DNA of 63,985 nt, filler included, from Pelomyxa schiedti (Eukaryota; Protista; Evosea), in the NCBI GenBank assembly GCA_020536535.1. It is 9 parts of 9 records of this genome, joined end to end, with 100 filler letters (N's around TTAATTAATTAA, not from the genome) between each part and the next. Parts side by side here need not be neighbours in the genome. Positions count along the whole stretch, not along the records: positions 26,214 to 51,372 come from JAHLWZ010000397.1; positions 51,473 to 52,779 come from JAHLWZ010002602.1; positions 52,880 to 54,021 come from JAHLWZ010002776.1; positions 54,122 to 56,268 come from JAHLWZ010002107.1; positions 56,369 to 60,549 come from JAHLWZ010001626.1; 4 more parts are not named here. The stretch is one strand, 5' to 3'. The notes below the pieces were generated by a model that had not been told where the DNA came from, searched no databases, and saw only the letters and a program-made list of their open reading frames with translations. Position numbers and translations under genes: made by a program. Position 1 is the first letter of the stretch. Each line of letters opens with the position of its first letter. Below, one piece after another: positions 48,801 through 60,649 of the stretch.

Positions 48801-50561
48801 GCGTCAGGCATCAAAGAAGGTTGACTGTATTACTGCCTGGAAACGAAAAACTTGGTTGTCAGTCTGAAGTTGTCCTGCTGCAGGTAATCCCTTGGTTCGA
48901 TATAGAGAACTACTCCTAATAATGAATAAAAGGTTAGAGCCTTGCTCATTTCCACCTCAGAATTGTTGTAGTATTATCAGGCCTGGTTACTGCTTGCATC
49001 TAGCTCAATATGGCTTCCAGAATCATGGCAATTACAGCCGAATCAGGGTAGTATTGTAGTCCTTGGTGGCCAGATGGATCTCATAGCTTTTGGTAGGCTC
49101 TCAAGTTCTCAGGTAGTTCCTCCTCTCATGGAACATTGGTGTTCTAAGTTCCTCCAGTTTGCCTTGGGCTCTCTTGCGTTGTCCCATAACTTGGGAGCTT
49201 GCAATATCAGCTGCTTGAGTTATTGTTTGTTTGGTGGGCTGCGCTCTAGTTGGGTGACCTTTTTTGAATGATTCCCTGTTTACTACATCCCCAGAGATGA
49301 CAGGGTGACCTCGAATTGAAACAATGTGTGTCCAGCATTACTTGAACTCCCAATTTAGCCCGAAATAATGGGGGAGCTGCTGGGTCCTCTGCAAGGAGTA
49401 TGTGTGCACACTTCTTCTTTCAAAGAAAGTTTACGTCTTGCAGGGCAGAAATGATTAATGGCGTGAGGTCTCAACAAATATTGGAAATAGGAGCGTGATG
49501 GATGATCCAGCCAAAGTGCAAAGCTGGGATCCACCACAGGGATGTGCCTCGCTCCTGTATGCACCATGATCCACCCAAGACATATAATTATGTCATCATT
49601 TCTCATGGGCAATTTACAGGGCGGCAACAAAACGATATCTGCTTGGTAGAAAAGTGAAATTCCATGGAAGCAACATTATTAACACAAGCAGATTCACAAC
49701 GAGATTAATTTGGATGCAAACAACGCAATACAAGGTTTGAAACAATACAGTTTCAAGTATAATTCAAGTTTTAATTGTTAAATAGCTAATGGCTACGCAG
49801 GTTTGTGACAATTCATGAGTTATCTGAGCTCAGGGATTCATATTTTCTCCTTCTCTTGGCCTCTTCTCAAACCGGCTCTGTTGGTGCTCTCTGCTCAGCT
49901 CAAACTCGCTGGTAAGCACTCCTTTCATCACATCCACGCTCTTCTGCACCCTGATGCCATTCCAGAGAATGCTGATGCGATTTGTAATATTGTACAGCCT
50001 CAGTCTTGTTCTGCTCTTGCCGCGGAATCAGCGGTTTCACCTTCAGGCTTGCTCATGCAGCCTCAGTTCCCATAACGCCGCTGTTGAAGCCCAGGTTGCT
50101 GTTGATACCTCTGATAACTATATCACTTACGCAATTCAGTTCTCTGCAAAATTGCCTTAGAATGTGAGCCTTTACTTCCTGGATTGCAATTAGACTCTCC
50201 AGAAGCACTGGCCGTTGTGCTGTAAGGTTGGTTCTGCTTGTGGAATCACTGATCCTAATCTCAGTGCAGATTCCAGGCTTGCCAGTTCTGGTTCCCTTGA
50301 GGGCTTGGCCATCCATGATGCCAGCTTGCTGTATTTATCTTTGGTGTGGGATTTGCATGCTTGTGCATTGCCGTATGACTTCCGCTGATTTACAGTTGCT
50401 TTCCGGCATTTCCGCATGTCTCTTCTGACTCCACTCTGCTCCTCTCGGTAGCAGCACCTCGAAGTAAGAGATTGGAGATTCATTGAAATCAATCAAATCA
50501 AATCGAATCAATCGGAAAATAATCATTGGTGTTGGGTGTCGACGCCGATGGGTCCTTCATC

Positions 50562-50650
50562 GTCGATGTCGATGTCGATGTCGATGTCGATGTCGATGTC
50601 GATGTCGATGTCGATGTCGATGTCGATGTCGATGTCGATGTCGACGTCGA
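50562..50650. repeat. (GTCGAT)n microsatellite inside the retroelement
   Basis: About 14 units. Confidence 0.95.
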
Positions 50651-51065
50651 GAAAGGGTTGTTCAACGCAGACGGTGTTGTCGTACTCGTTGCCAGTGAAG
50701 CGGGTCGTGTCGGTAGTAATGGATCGTGATCGTGAGCATTCCATGTGCAGGTACAATGCGTAGGAACATAGTAGTTATCATCTCTGTATGTGGCGTGGTG
50801 ACAGCTCTCTGAGTCTTGGAGCATGATCAGGCCTGACTTGGGGCTGAGTTGTATTCTCTGGGTAGTTCTTGGTCCAGTTGGGCGTTGGCAGATGCGAAAA
50901 GAAACAATTTGTAGGGCAGTAAGAGTCTTTGTAAGAGTACTTGAAGACTTCGAATCACGGTGATCGTTAAGATAAGGGTTAATGATGTAAATTGGTGCCG
51001 CGGGTAGTATCCGGCAATCGGGTGAATGTCTGCTAACCGAAGTACGATGTCATTAGTGTGCCATA

Positions 51066-51273
51066 GTGTCCTCGTAGGTTTACATAAGGTCCACGAGTAA
51101 AATCAAAGCATCGGAGATCGGGTGTAATCGTCGGAGTTTCGGTTCGAGTTACGAGTGACGAGTTACGAGTTACGAGGTGTGTCCTCGTAGGTTTACGCAA
51201 GGTCCGCGAGTAAAATCGAAGCATTGGAGATCGGGTGTAATCAGTTCAGTTCGAGTTACGAGTGAGTTACGAG
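51066..51273. repeat. Two imperfect about 110-bp tandem copies in the retroelement leader
   Basis: gtgtcctcgtaggtttac..aaggtcc..gagtaaaatc..gagatcgggtgtaatc..ttcgagttacgagtga occurs twice. Confidence 0.85.
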
Positions 51274-51318
51274 TTTCGATGTTGCGTAGTGTTTGGATAC
51301 GAGCCACGGAGAACGTGA

Positions 51319-51332
51319 CGCATCCTCCACCA
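51319..51332 (-). promoter_or_regulatory. Primer-binding site, complementary to the 3' end of a tRNA-Ala-like tRNA
   Basis: TGGTGGAGGATGCG lies 3 nt after the LTR end CTAACA; its complement CGCATCCTCCACCA matches typical eukaryotic tRNA-Ala 3' ends. Confidence 0.8.
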
Positions 51333-51472
51333 ATTTGTTAGCTTCTGTGGGCTCGAGAATAAGTCCCACAGANNNNNNNNNNNNNNNNNNNNNNNNNNNN
51401 NNNNNNNNNNNNNNNNTTAATTAATTAANNNNNNNNNNNNNNNNNNNNNNNNNNNNNNNNNNNNNNNNNNNN

Positions 51473-52181
51473 CAGTGAGCCTGTCCTGCAGCGAGAACAT
51501 GCACCGTTCCTTCCTCCTCACCAGGTAGTCCTCATTTGCATACACCACGCCCCCCCGCCACCACACTTGCGCAGCCCACCACCTCATTTCATGGGTGAGT
51601 GTCAGCAGCACCAGAGAGACCCCGAAAGTCGCCACCACAGTGTAGCCGTGTATGTTCTCCCACGAGACACAGTAGAACCTCGAGCGTTCCCTCAGCCACG
51701 ACCACACCAGCCTCACCACCAACAACGCTCCATCCCCATTAATCATCAAGGAGCCGTCATTGTTGTCTGACATCATTGTAGTCACCACCATCAACCACAG
51801 TTGGCATTGCGCACCGCAGCGTTGGTGTGTGCCTACAGCCAGGGCCAGCACTTGGTCTCCCATCCTCGCCGCTGTGGTTTTTGTTGTTGCTGTTGTTGTT
51901 GTTGTACTCGTCACTGTTGTTTCCACGTTGGTATCAACCACAGTTGTTGTTGTTCTTGTGTTTGTTGCAGCACTGCTGGCTGCTGTTCTTCTTTCTGTTT
52001 CAGTGTGTGTGTCAGAGCACGTGGACGAACGCGAAGTCGCCGTTTGTTTGACTTGAACTGCTTTGCCGGCCCTTTCTCGTGGAGTGTTGTTGGCGTTGTC
52101 ATGGTTGAGGTGGTGATGATGAGGCAGAGAAGGAGAGGTGGCATCGGCACCCAGACACTTGTGCGGTGTTTGGGATATCAT
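51473..52181 (-). CDS. RCG-motif family protein, 3' partial
   Basis: DQVLALAVGTHQRCGAQCQLWLM..LVVRLVWSWL..FGVSLVLLTLTHEMRWW. Confidence 0.7.
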
Positions 52182-52376
52182 CTCGCCCAGTTTTTTTGAT
52201 TTTTTGATTTACAGTGGACTGAGGGTGGTGTCCTGATTGCACTTCCCCAGCCCTGGCAGTGTGGTTTGTTGTACAAAACTGCATCAAATTTCCGAGTTTG
52301 GACTTGAAAGAAAAGGCTGACGGTTCTGACAGTGGACTGTTGCATTTGCCTGCCACTTCCACTACTAGTGGTGCTA

Positions 52377-52779
52377 TGCTGATTGATGGATGTGGTTGGG
52401 CAGTTTCCTCCGTGCAGCGTGCCACCGACCAGATCCGTGCCCTCATCATCGCCGTTCCCTCATCGCCAACGGCCAAACCCAGAGCCACAGCCACGGCCAC
52501 GGCAACTTGCAGCTCCCCCACTCACCCCCACCCCCTGAGTCCCATAATAACAAAGAAACCGCGCAGCTCCTCCACACTCCACACGCACAAGCAGCAGGAA
52601 CAACAACAGCTACAGCAACAGCTACAGCAACAAGGCCACAGCAACGACCAACAACACGCCACAAATGTGAGGCTCAGTGGTGCTCCCACAAGCACTTGTT
52701 TGTGGGGCAGCAGTGGCCACGTGGTTGCAAGGCTGCTGTGGGACCTGGTTGCGCAACACACCACTACGTTTGTGCTGCA
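52377..52779 (+). CDS. Divergent RCG-motif family protein, 3' partial
   Basis: ATDQIRALIIAV..(low-complexity insert)..RLSG..HVVARLLWDLV. Confidence 0.5.
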
Positions 52780-52879
52780 NNNNNNNNNNNNNNNNNNNNN
52801 NNNNNNNNNNNNNNNNNNNNNNNTTAATTAATTAANNNNNNNNNNNNNNNNNNNNNNNNNNNNNNNNNNNNNNNNNNNN

Positions 52880-54021
52880 AAACGGCACACACAGGTCCGG
52901 TGCTTGAATGCATCAAAGAAGAAATAAAATCAACACCAATAAGGACAGAAAGAATTGTCACACTTTGCGGGCAGTGGTCCCCATCTGCGAAAGATCAAGA
53001 TATTCAAGTGCGAGTTGGTGAATCGGAGTGCACAAACGGAACCATTGTCACTCCTGGCTCTGTTCTCACATTCGCTGTGCCCGACAATGCTGTTGGCTGT
53101 AACCTCCCTGTGTCACTCTCTGTCTTCGGAAAACCTGCTGTCAGGCCCAATGACTCAATGCTTTCTTATGAGGGTGAGTGCATGCTCTCATTAGAGTGGG
53201 TTTCTGGAAACTTACTTACAGTGAAACAGGGCCGGCGATTCAGCAGGTGTCAAATGTACCTCAGGAAGGAGGGAAGGTAACTATCAGAGGACATGGGTTC
53301 GGCACGTCGCCAAGTTCAATCACTGTTTTGTTAAATGGTCTGTCTGCTCCTAATTCCCTTATTCTCATCACTAATGTTCACAAGGTGTACAATGCGGAAA
53401 CATAGAAGTGACCCACCCGCACTCTGAAATAACATGCACCGTGCCACCCCCGTCAAAATACACAAACCAAGCAACGTTGACTCTCACTGTTGCCGACCAA
53501 CAAGCATCATCCACTGTCTACTATGGAATGTGGGACACGGCATCCTGTGGGAAGCTCCTTTTTATCCCGACAGATGATCCCTTCACGGTTTACAAGCCAC
53601 AAACCAGTCCAAAGCAGCTTGCACAGTCCACAGTGACATCCACAACACAGCTTCTTGGTGGCAACTGCGTGTATGAGTGGCACCTCTCAATCTCTGGACT
53701 CAAGGATTATGGGGCCTGCAAGGGGTGCTACTGGGTGGCCTATGGACTGATCTCCAAGCCACAGTTGGACCACAGCAATCCCAGTCCATGTTCCTCCATG
53801 TATGGCTGGTCAACAAGTGCAAACCAATGCAAGCTTCCCACTGGCACACCATCTTTCCAGGCCACAGGAGGCATTGAGGAAGTGACACTGAGGTATGATT
53901 CTCACACACTCACACTCACTGCAACGTGGGCACTCCACAACAACGCAACTGCAACAGTGAACAACGTCCCAAGTGGCCTGCATCCTGCTGTGACAATTTG
54001 GGGTCACAACAGGGTCAAACT
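52880..54021 (+). CDS. IPT/TIG repeat + SPRY-like domain protein, partial
   Basis: GGKVTIRGHGFG, HSEITCTVPP and LTFAVP (TIG); YEWHLSI..VAYGL..TLRYD..LHPAVTIW (SPRY-like); short introns. Confidence 0.7.
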
Positions 54022-54121
54022 NNNNNNNNNNNNNNNNNNNNNNNNNNNNNNNNNNNNNNNNNNNNTTAATTAATTAANNNNNNNNNNNNNNNNNNNNNNN
54101 NNNNNNNNNNNNNNNNNNNNN

Positions 54122-55900
54122 GCATCAAGTTCCTGAAGGGTGATCATACCCTGGTGGATTGTTACCAAACCGAGAAGGTTAGGTACCGGTAACTGCTTGC
54201 CAAATCTGGAAAAGAGTGTTTCTAAAGCAGATAATGCTGGTGCAGCGAGTTCTTTACTTCTGGTAAATAACTTTTACATGCCAATACTATAATGTGTTGG
54301 TAGAAGCAAATAGAAAGTTGAGCATAGAGAGGACTCTTGGATCGTTTTACTGCTCCAATCCTTCAAGGGGCCAGAGTTATGATATCCCTTGGGCAAATGT
54401 TAGATAGAGAAAAAGAGGTGTATTACTCACGGGAAACTTGGTCTTGTTTATCTTCCTTACAACATCTGTAACCTTCTCAGGACATAGTACTGCAACAAAG
54501 GTGTAACTGCATTAGGGTTAAAACAAAAAAGGGTAATTACAGTAAAACTTTTACTCCATGGTCTTGTGTGTCCACATCGACTGGTAACCAGATACACTCG
54601 CACCAGTCCGACCCTCCCCATAGCTTGCAGTGTACTTGGAATATTTTGAAAAGTAGACCACCAATATCCCCTCGAATTTTGTTAGTATGAAAGAACTGAA
54701 AGAAGGGGATCTACAGGACGATTCCTCAGGAACTGTAGGTAAGCCCTCCACACAAACAATCTGTTCTTTGGTAGGTTTGGTGAGTCATGTGGTACCTTTC
54801 CGGAAAGATACCACACAGTTCAGTGACTTCATTGAACCAGGACAAGTTTGCAACTAAAGGGGAGAAGTTTAAATCTTGTAGTATTACTTTACGAAAAAGG
54901 TGCTTTTTGAGGCTTCAACTCTATCTTAATCCCAGCTGTGAAGGTTATGGAAGTAAAAAAAAGGAGGAGTTTACTCATAGATTCTTTCAACAACCTTGAA
55001 GATGGAGGGTGGAGGAATGGAACTCTCTGCTGATGTTGGTGTAGTAGTACATTCCTAGTTGTGGTACTACTGCTTCTGTTGGAGTCGAAACAACAGGAAC
55101 AGTTGAAGGTGTCATTGTATTAGAAACGTGGAAAGCAACCACTTCCATAAGTTTTGGAACTTCTGGGATTTCCACCTCCGTAGGAGAAGTTGTGTTGGAT
55201 GGTGAAGAGCCTGGTATTGCAGCTGCAGATTCCTCCTGCAGACTTGATGAAGGACTTGACTCCCCTACCACTGGGGACTCCATGGTTTCTGGGCTGCTTG
55301 CTATCCATGCTGTCATCCTTTGATTTTGACTCCTCCACCTCTTACCCAAGCTGGTAAAAGTGAAGCCAAAATCTTCAAGGAACACACAGATTGAAGAGAG
55401 TACAATTGCAAGAGCAAAATCATACATGAGCTGCTTGATCTGAATCTTGGTCAAAATGAATAAAGTAAGACATGTGTACCAACCTTCATCAGCACCGTCT
55501 GGTTCTAGTTTCTCAACACTGTATTGTAAGGTCTTGGTAACTGCAACTGCAGAGGCAGTGTCATATTCGTCCAGTGAGGCCTGATGCCAAACAAATCACT
55601 TGGCTATATGCTGATCAGAGGATTTTGGTGTGGAGCCAAAGATGCTGAGCAAGAGCTGCAGTGGTTGCCTCTGCAATTGACATCTGCGTTGCAGTTGATG
55701 ACTGGGAGTCTATCTTCTGATGTGACAGGTGGAGGGGGAGTCAGAGAAGCTCTTGCTTCCTACGGTAACATGTACCACACTTGTTTGGAGATGAAAGCAG
55801 AGACTGGAAATAGGTTGTGTGACTCCAGCCTTGTAACTAGCAATCAGAGCAACTCGAGAAGATAACTTAGTAAATACCAGCAATTGCCATCACCACCCAC
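54122..55900 (-). CDS. Hypothetical multi-exon gene or degenerate element gene, unidentified
   Basis: Several minus-strand open segments (54987-55454, 54551-54751) separated by intron-like stretches; no motif recognised. Confidence 0.3.
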
Positions 55901-56519
55901 TGTTGCTTCCAAAAAAAAAAGAGACACAGTCAAATGGTATTTTGGGGTGCCTGAGGTGTGTGCACACAGAACTAAAAAAAAAAAGGTATCAGTCATTTGT
56001 GTGTTTTGCATAACATACATAAGGAAATGCCGTAAAGGATGTGTGTTTGTTGGTTTTCTGTTGTTGGGAATAGAAACCTAAACTGCAGGGAAACAAACAA
56101 ATTTTTCGCGAAAAAAAACCAAAAAGGAGGCACCACCTGGTGGTGGTCACAATTCACATTCAGATTCACAGTCAGTAGTAGAATATCTGCCTGCATCTCT
56201 CAGAGAGGGGCCACACTAAAGTCACCACCACAAATTGGCTATGCAAATCACCCAACAACAGAACCAACNNNNNNNNNNNNNNNNNNNNNNNNNNNNNNNN
56301 NNNNNNNNNNNNTTAATTAATTAANNNNNNNNNNNNNNNNNNNNNNNNNNNNNNNNNNNNNNNNNNNNAACAGCTCTATTTATTGTGTGTTTCCGGTTGC
56401 TGTGCGTGATGGGCCCGGTCATTGCGGTTGTGAAAGGTCTGGTGTTATGGTGTGGGGGTGCTGCTGTGTGTGGTGGGCCCGGTCATTGCAGAATCACTAC
56501 TGTAATAATAGGATACCTG

Positions 56520-58023
56520 AATCCAGCACAGGTGGTGCCACCTGAGAGGTTGTGGCATCAAGATTGCAGTGGTACCCAGGGAAAAAAAAAGAGGATTAAA
56601 TTCATACTTGCTCCACAGGATTTAACTCAGGTGAGTAACAAGGTAAAAAAAGTACATGTATATGATAGGCAGAGTACAAGGCTTCACGAATATGTTTTGT
56701 GGTCTTACCCTTGTGAATCGAGGCATTATCCAGTACTAGTATATCATCTTACAGAGATCTTATCTTTGAAGGGAAAAGTGCGGAAATCACCTACTTGCTT
56801 GCAAGGCACCAATGTTCACAAAGTGTACCAAGGAATTTAGAAATGAGACCTGGTCATTGGTCAATATCTGAGAGGAATCAGATGCAAATAATATGAAAAC
56901 TGTGCAATAACCTGCATTTGACAGATGTTGAACAGGGTAATTTTTGGGACCCAACACTACTGTTCGCCTGCAATCCTTAGAATGAAAGCTAGCTTCATCT
57001 TTTGGGAACTCAGTTACATTACAGTCTAAAGTTACTTTAATTGAACCCAAGAATTTAATTCTGTCCCAAGGAATGAACTGAATTTCGACTAGAAAGGTCT
57101 CTGTCAGTGAGGTTATCCTCTTTTAGAACAAGACTGCTCTACCATAATAAGCCAGGTTGGCAAATGTGTACTTGGCTAACTGGGTGATCTGCCCAGCTTT
57201 GTGAAAGCTCCAGTTCCACGCCTTAAACATATCAGAAAGCATTGTATACTTCAAATCTAAATGTAGATTATGGTGGACTGCTGCCACTATCTCACGGCGT
57301 CGGCAAAAAGGGTTCTCTTGCACATAAACCCAAATAAACAGTTTCAACCCAAGCACTGTATCTATTTACAGTCATTTACAAAAAGAAAATAAAGAAGAAA
57401 CCTGGGTTCCACTTTTGGTATCGATGGCCACCATGTTGGCCAGGGTGGAAACTGGGGTCTGTTGACTTTCGTGTCCAGTAAGCCATCTAATTGTAAGTCA
57501 GGTGTGGAAATGGAAAAATGCATAGTATAACATATAAAACGAATCATAGGACACACCTCCATGTACACTGCTCCCCCCACAATACACAACATCGCAGCAG
57601 TTCCACATACACCCCCACCTTGATAAATGGACAGGTAGACACGAGCAAAGGGACAGGCACACACTGACACAGGCACAGCACAAGGCAACACACAACAAAC
57701 ACAAACACGAAAAGCACAGGTTACAATTGCTACACGCACAGGCACAGGCACCGGCGCACGCACATGCACACACACGCACACAGCACAAGCAAACAAACGC
57801 ATATGGCACAACAAAACGACGATGTAAACAATTGACACAATGCATCAACCTTGCCTCTTTTCCAGTGAAAAATCGCGCGGACACTATCATCATTTGCCAC
57901 AATCGAACCAACATCTTTCTTGAGCTGCTTCAACTCACTCTGTATGACGGCAACCCTTGCAGGGGATACTTTCCGTGTCATCAAGATTTTTTCCTGTGTG
58001 GTCTGATTCAGTTGCTCTGTCAC
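56520..58023 (-). CDS. IS630/Tc1-mariner DDE transposase (DD38E), intron-containing
   Basis: HTH-like YVQENPFCRRREIV..FKAWNWSFHK; IKFL|DEASF; LVLDNASIHK...FLPCYSPELNPVEQ. Confidence 0.85.
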
Positions 58024-58087
58024 AGAAAGGAAAAAAGAATTAATTCTGAAGAGGGCTTTCTTTTTGGAAATTTACCATTTTGTTTGG

Positions 58088-59787
58088 ATGGACCATGCCA
58101 CTCCCGGATCTGCGACACCAAGTCCCCATGCTTCACAAAGACCCAGTGCCCCACCAAGTGTGCTGAGTAACTATGTGACACCTCCACCTCCTCCCATCAG
58201 CCTTAGTACACCTACAAGCTTACGGCCATGGCACCCAAATTTGATTTCCCATTTAGGAGGATGTGATTCATTCTCAGCCCCAACTTATGTATGCTCTATC
58301 ACCTTATTGCGTTGTGGTTCAACTTTTCTTAGGGAGTGACAATTGATTTAGATCAGTGTGTTTTACTTTTTTTTCCTTAGAGAAGTGATGCTTACAGTTT
58401 CAGATCCCCAACTGACAATAGCACCAGTAGTACTACATCGGCCACAAGCTCTTCTGGTTCTACTTCAAGCTCCACAAGTTCTACTACAACTGTTACTTCA
58501 AGTTCCACAGGGAAATCAACAAGTACCAATTCTGCTTTGTGTTCATCAGCTACTTCAAGTTCGAAGTGTGCAGTAATGCTTGGAAATAGTAAGTTATCCT
58601 CCTCACACCTTACATACACACTTGTTTTAGAGTACTCTTGTGGGACCTGTCATGCCCCTGTGGAGCGGCACAATGTCTCTCACTATCGCAAGGCACAGAA
58701 ACCAAATGGCCAATTGAGCCACCTAAATGCAGTTGAGAATGGCTACCACATACATGAGTGGCATGGCACATACATATGTCGACCTTGTATGCTTCTTTAA
58801 TTAGAGATGTATTTTTTTTTATCCATGAGTAGGTCCTGGCTTTGCAGAATGTTATAATCACCAACGCAGGGCAAAGCTACACAAACAAGAAATTCAGTCA
58901 AGTGACTCAGACCCTTCAGAAGATGAAAAGGAGCCTCACAAGAAGCGTTCACATGTTGACAAGGTCATTATTACTTCTATTTTCATTAACCTAATACTAA
59001 TTACTAGGAGAAACGAAATAAGAAACTATCAGACCACAAAGTGAAGAAACGCTATAAGGCTTGTAAAGCTAGAGTCCAGCAATTAATTGAGCGACGTTGT
59101 GCCTCATGTGAGTTAGTTCCTAGTTTTAATTTTCATACTTATAATTACAGCTGATAAAGCCCTAGCAAGAATTGTGGATGAAAATCTTTCTAAGTATGGT
59201 TCTAGTTCTGCCTCTGAGTCATCATCCTATGATTCTTCATCTGAGTAAATTGGCTTATTCAGTTAGTTTATTTAACATGTGAAACAGATCAGACTCGAAA
59301 AAAGAGAAGTCAAAGAAGAGAGCACAAAGAAGAGAACAGAAAATTGCCAATGAAAGCAAAGCCCTCAAGCAAACAATGAAGACCATTAGACAAACAGGAA
59401 CATCTATGTTATGTTCTTTGATTTTACTTATTATTTATTAGATCAAGTGACTGAAGAGCCACAGGAACAAACCCTCTGTCAGGATTTCTTGAACTTATGT
59501 AAGCATCATAAGATTGACCCACAGAATGCCATACAGCAGATTCAAAGCCAGCTGAGCAGGAAAGGTATGCAGAAAGTCTCTGTACCACTACTAACAGGCT
59601 CACAGTTAATGCCACAGCCACGAGGGAGCCTCCACCCCCTTCCCAGCCACCAGTGGGGACACCGGACATGACAAATGCATTCGCGGAGTTTATGAGGTAT
59701 TTGGCTGCACAGTCGGCAGTGGCAACTGCTCCTCCACTGCTTCCATTGGTTGCCCCAACGCAGATGGCACCAGAAAATGCACACTGA
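58088..59787 (+). CDS. Hypothetical multi-exon protein (S/T-rich, CxxC..CxxC, basic/coiled-coil)
   Basis: YSCGTCH...YICRPC; short GT-AG introns; ends QMAPENAH* 12 nt before the right IR. Confidence 0.5.
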
Positions 59788-60130
59788 GGCCTCACAACCG
59801 CAATGACCGGGCCCACCACACACAGCAGCACCCCCACACCATAACACCAGACCTTTCACAACCGCAATGACCGGGCCCATCACGCACAGCAACCGGAAAC
59901 ACACAATAAATAGAGCTGTTCTATCATTTTTCTTTTGTTCTTTTCTAAAAAGACCACCAAAACGGGAAAAAGTCCGACAAAAGTGTTCTTTTCAGTGAAT
60001 TTGGCTCTCAAACCGAACACTCCCTGCTGAACTTGAATCGTCAGGCCAATATTGGGTTGTGCAGTGATGTTCTTCTTGGTTCAAAATCCAGGAACGGCAT
60101 CAAAATTCAATGGACTCAGTCTAGTCAGAG

Positions 60131-60549
60131 TTAGTGAGGGCAGACTGCACCCCTTTCATTTTTCTTGTGGACCACAGAGTATTTGCTGTCGTCACTGGAA
60201 ATCACTTTTAACTTGCTAGTGAACAAAGGGTGACTGTCATCACCATCCCACATTCTCTCTTGCATTGTCGAGCTTCCAATCCAGTAATCTTGGATGGCAC
60301 TGTTGTGTGCGATCATGTCACACACCACCCCTTCGGCTTTTCCCGTGTGCTCTGTCATCCTGATCAGAATTTGTGCCACCACTTCCAGGTGTGCAATCAT
60401 GGCTTCCCTCTTGCCACCAAACGCCCCACAGTTGTACAGAAGCTTCTTTTCGTCAGTCCTGTCAATCAGGTCGCAGGCCTTCCACCAGAGATGCACCCAC
60501 ACCCAGTCCACCCCCTCCTCCCACGAGAAGAATATGTCACGGCCGGTGA
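60131..60549 (-). CDS. Possible glycosyltransferase-like protein, C-terminal part
   Basis: TGRDIFF, LYNCGAFGGKR, CDMIAHN and VVHK pattern typical of GT-A-like folds; 5' cut by contig end. Confidence 0.4.
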
Positions 60550-60649
60550 NNNNNNNNNNNNNNNNNNNNNNNNNNNNNNNNNNNNNNNNNNNNTTAATTA
60601 ATTAANNNNNNNNNNNNNNNNNNNNNNNNNNNNNNNNNNNNNNNNNNNN

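Larger units (their letters stand above)
45974..51372 (-). mobile_element. Degenerate Ty3/Gypsy LTR retrotransposon (5' LTR end 51336-51372, PBS, gag, RT-RNaseH-IN; pol partly duplicated across the gap)
   Basis: Order on the minus strand: LMPDADEY/LAGIELSALELTQ (RT), IHIGKCVI, KFTLTT / ERYTKNPERIEL (RH), IYFVDDYFG (IN); many stops. Confidence 0.75.
56369..59920. mobile_element. Putative IS630/Tc1-like DNA transposon bounded by 121-bp inverted repeats (56369-56489, 59800-59920)
   Basis: Perfect IR enclosing a transposase and a divergent second gene. Confidence 0.6.

Noticed and set aside
50498-50824. ORFs with poly-ST/DI/CR/MS dipeptides
   Set aside because: These are translations of a (GTCGAT)n microsatellite.
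51066-51290. CRISPR-like repeat array
   Set aside because: Imperfect tandem duplication with no unique spacers, no cas genes, and a eukaryotic retroelement context.
57362-57914. Cys/Val-rich ORFs
   Set aside because: They derive from a CA-rich simple repeat, probably intronic in the transposase gene.
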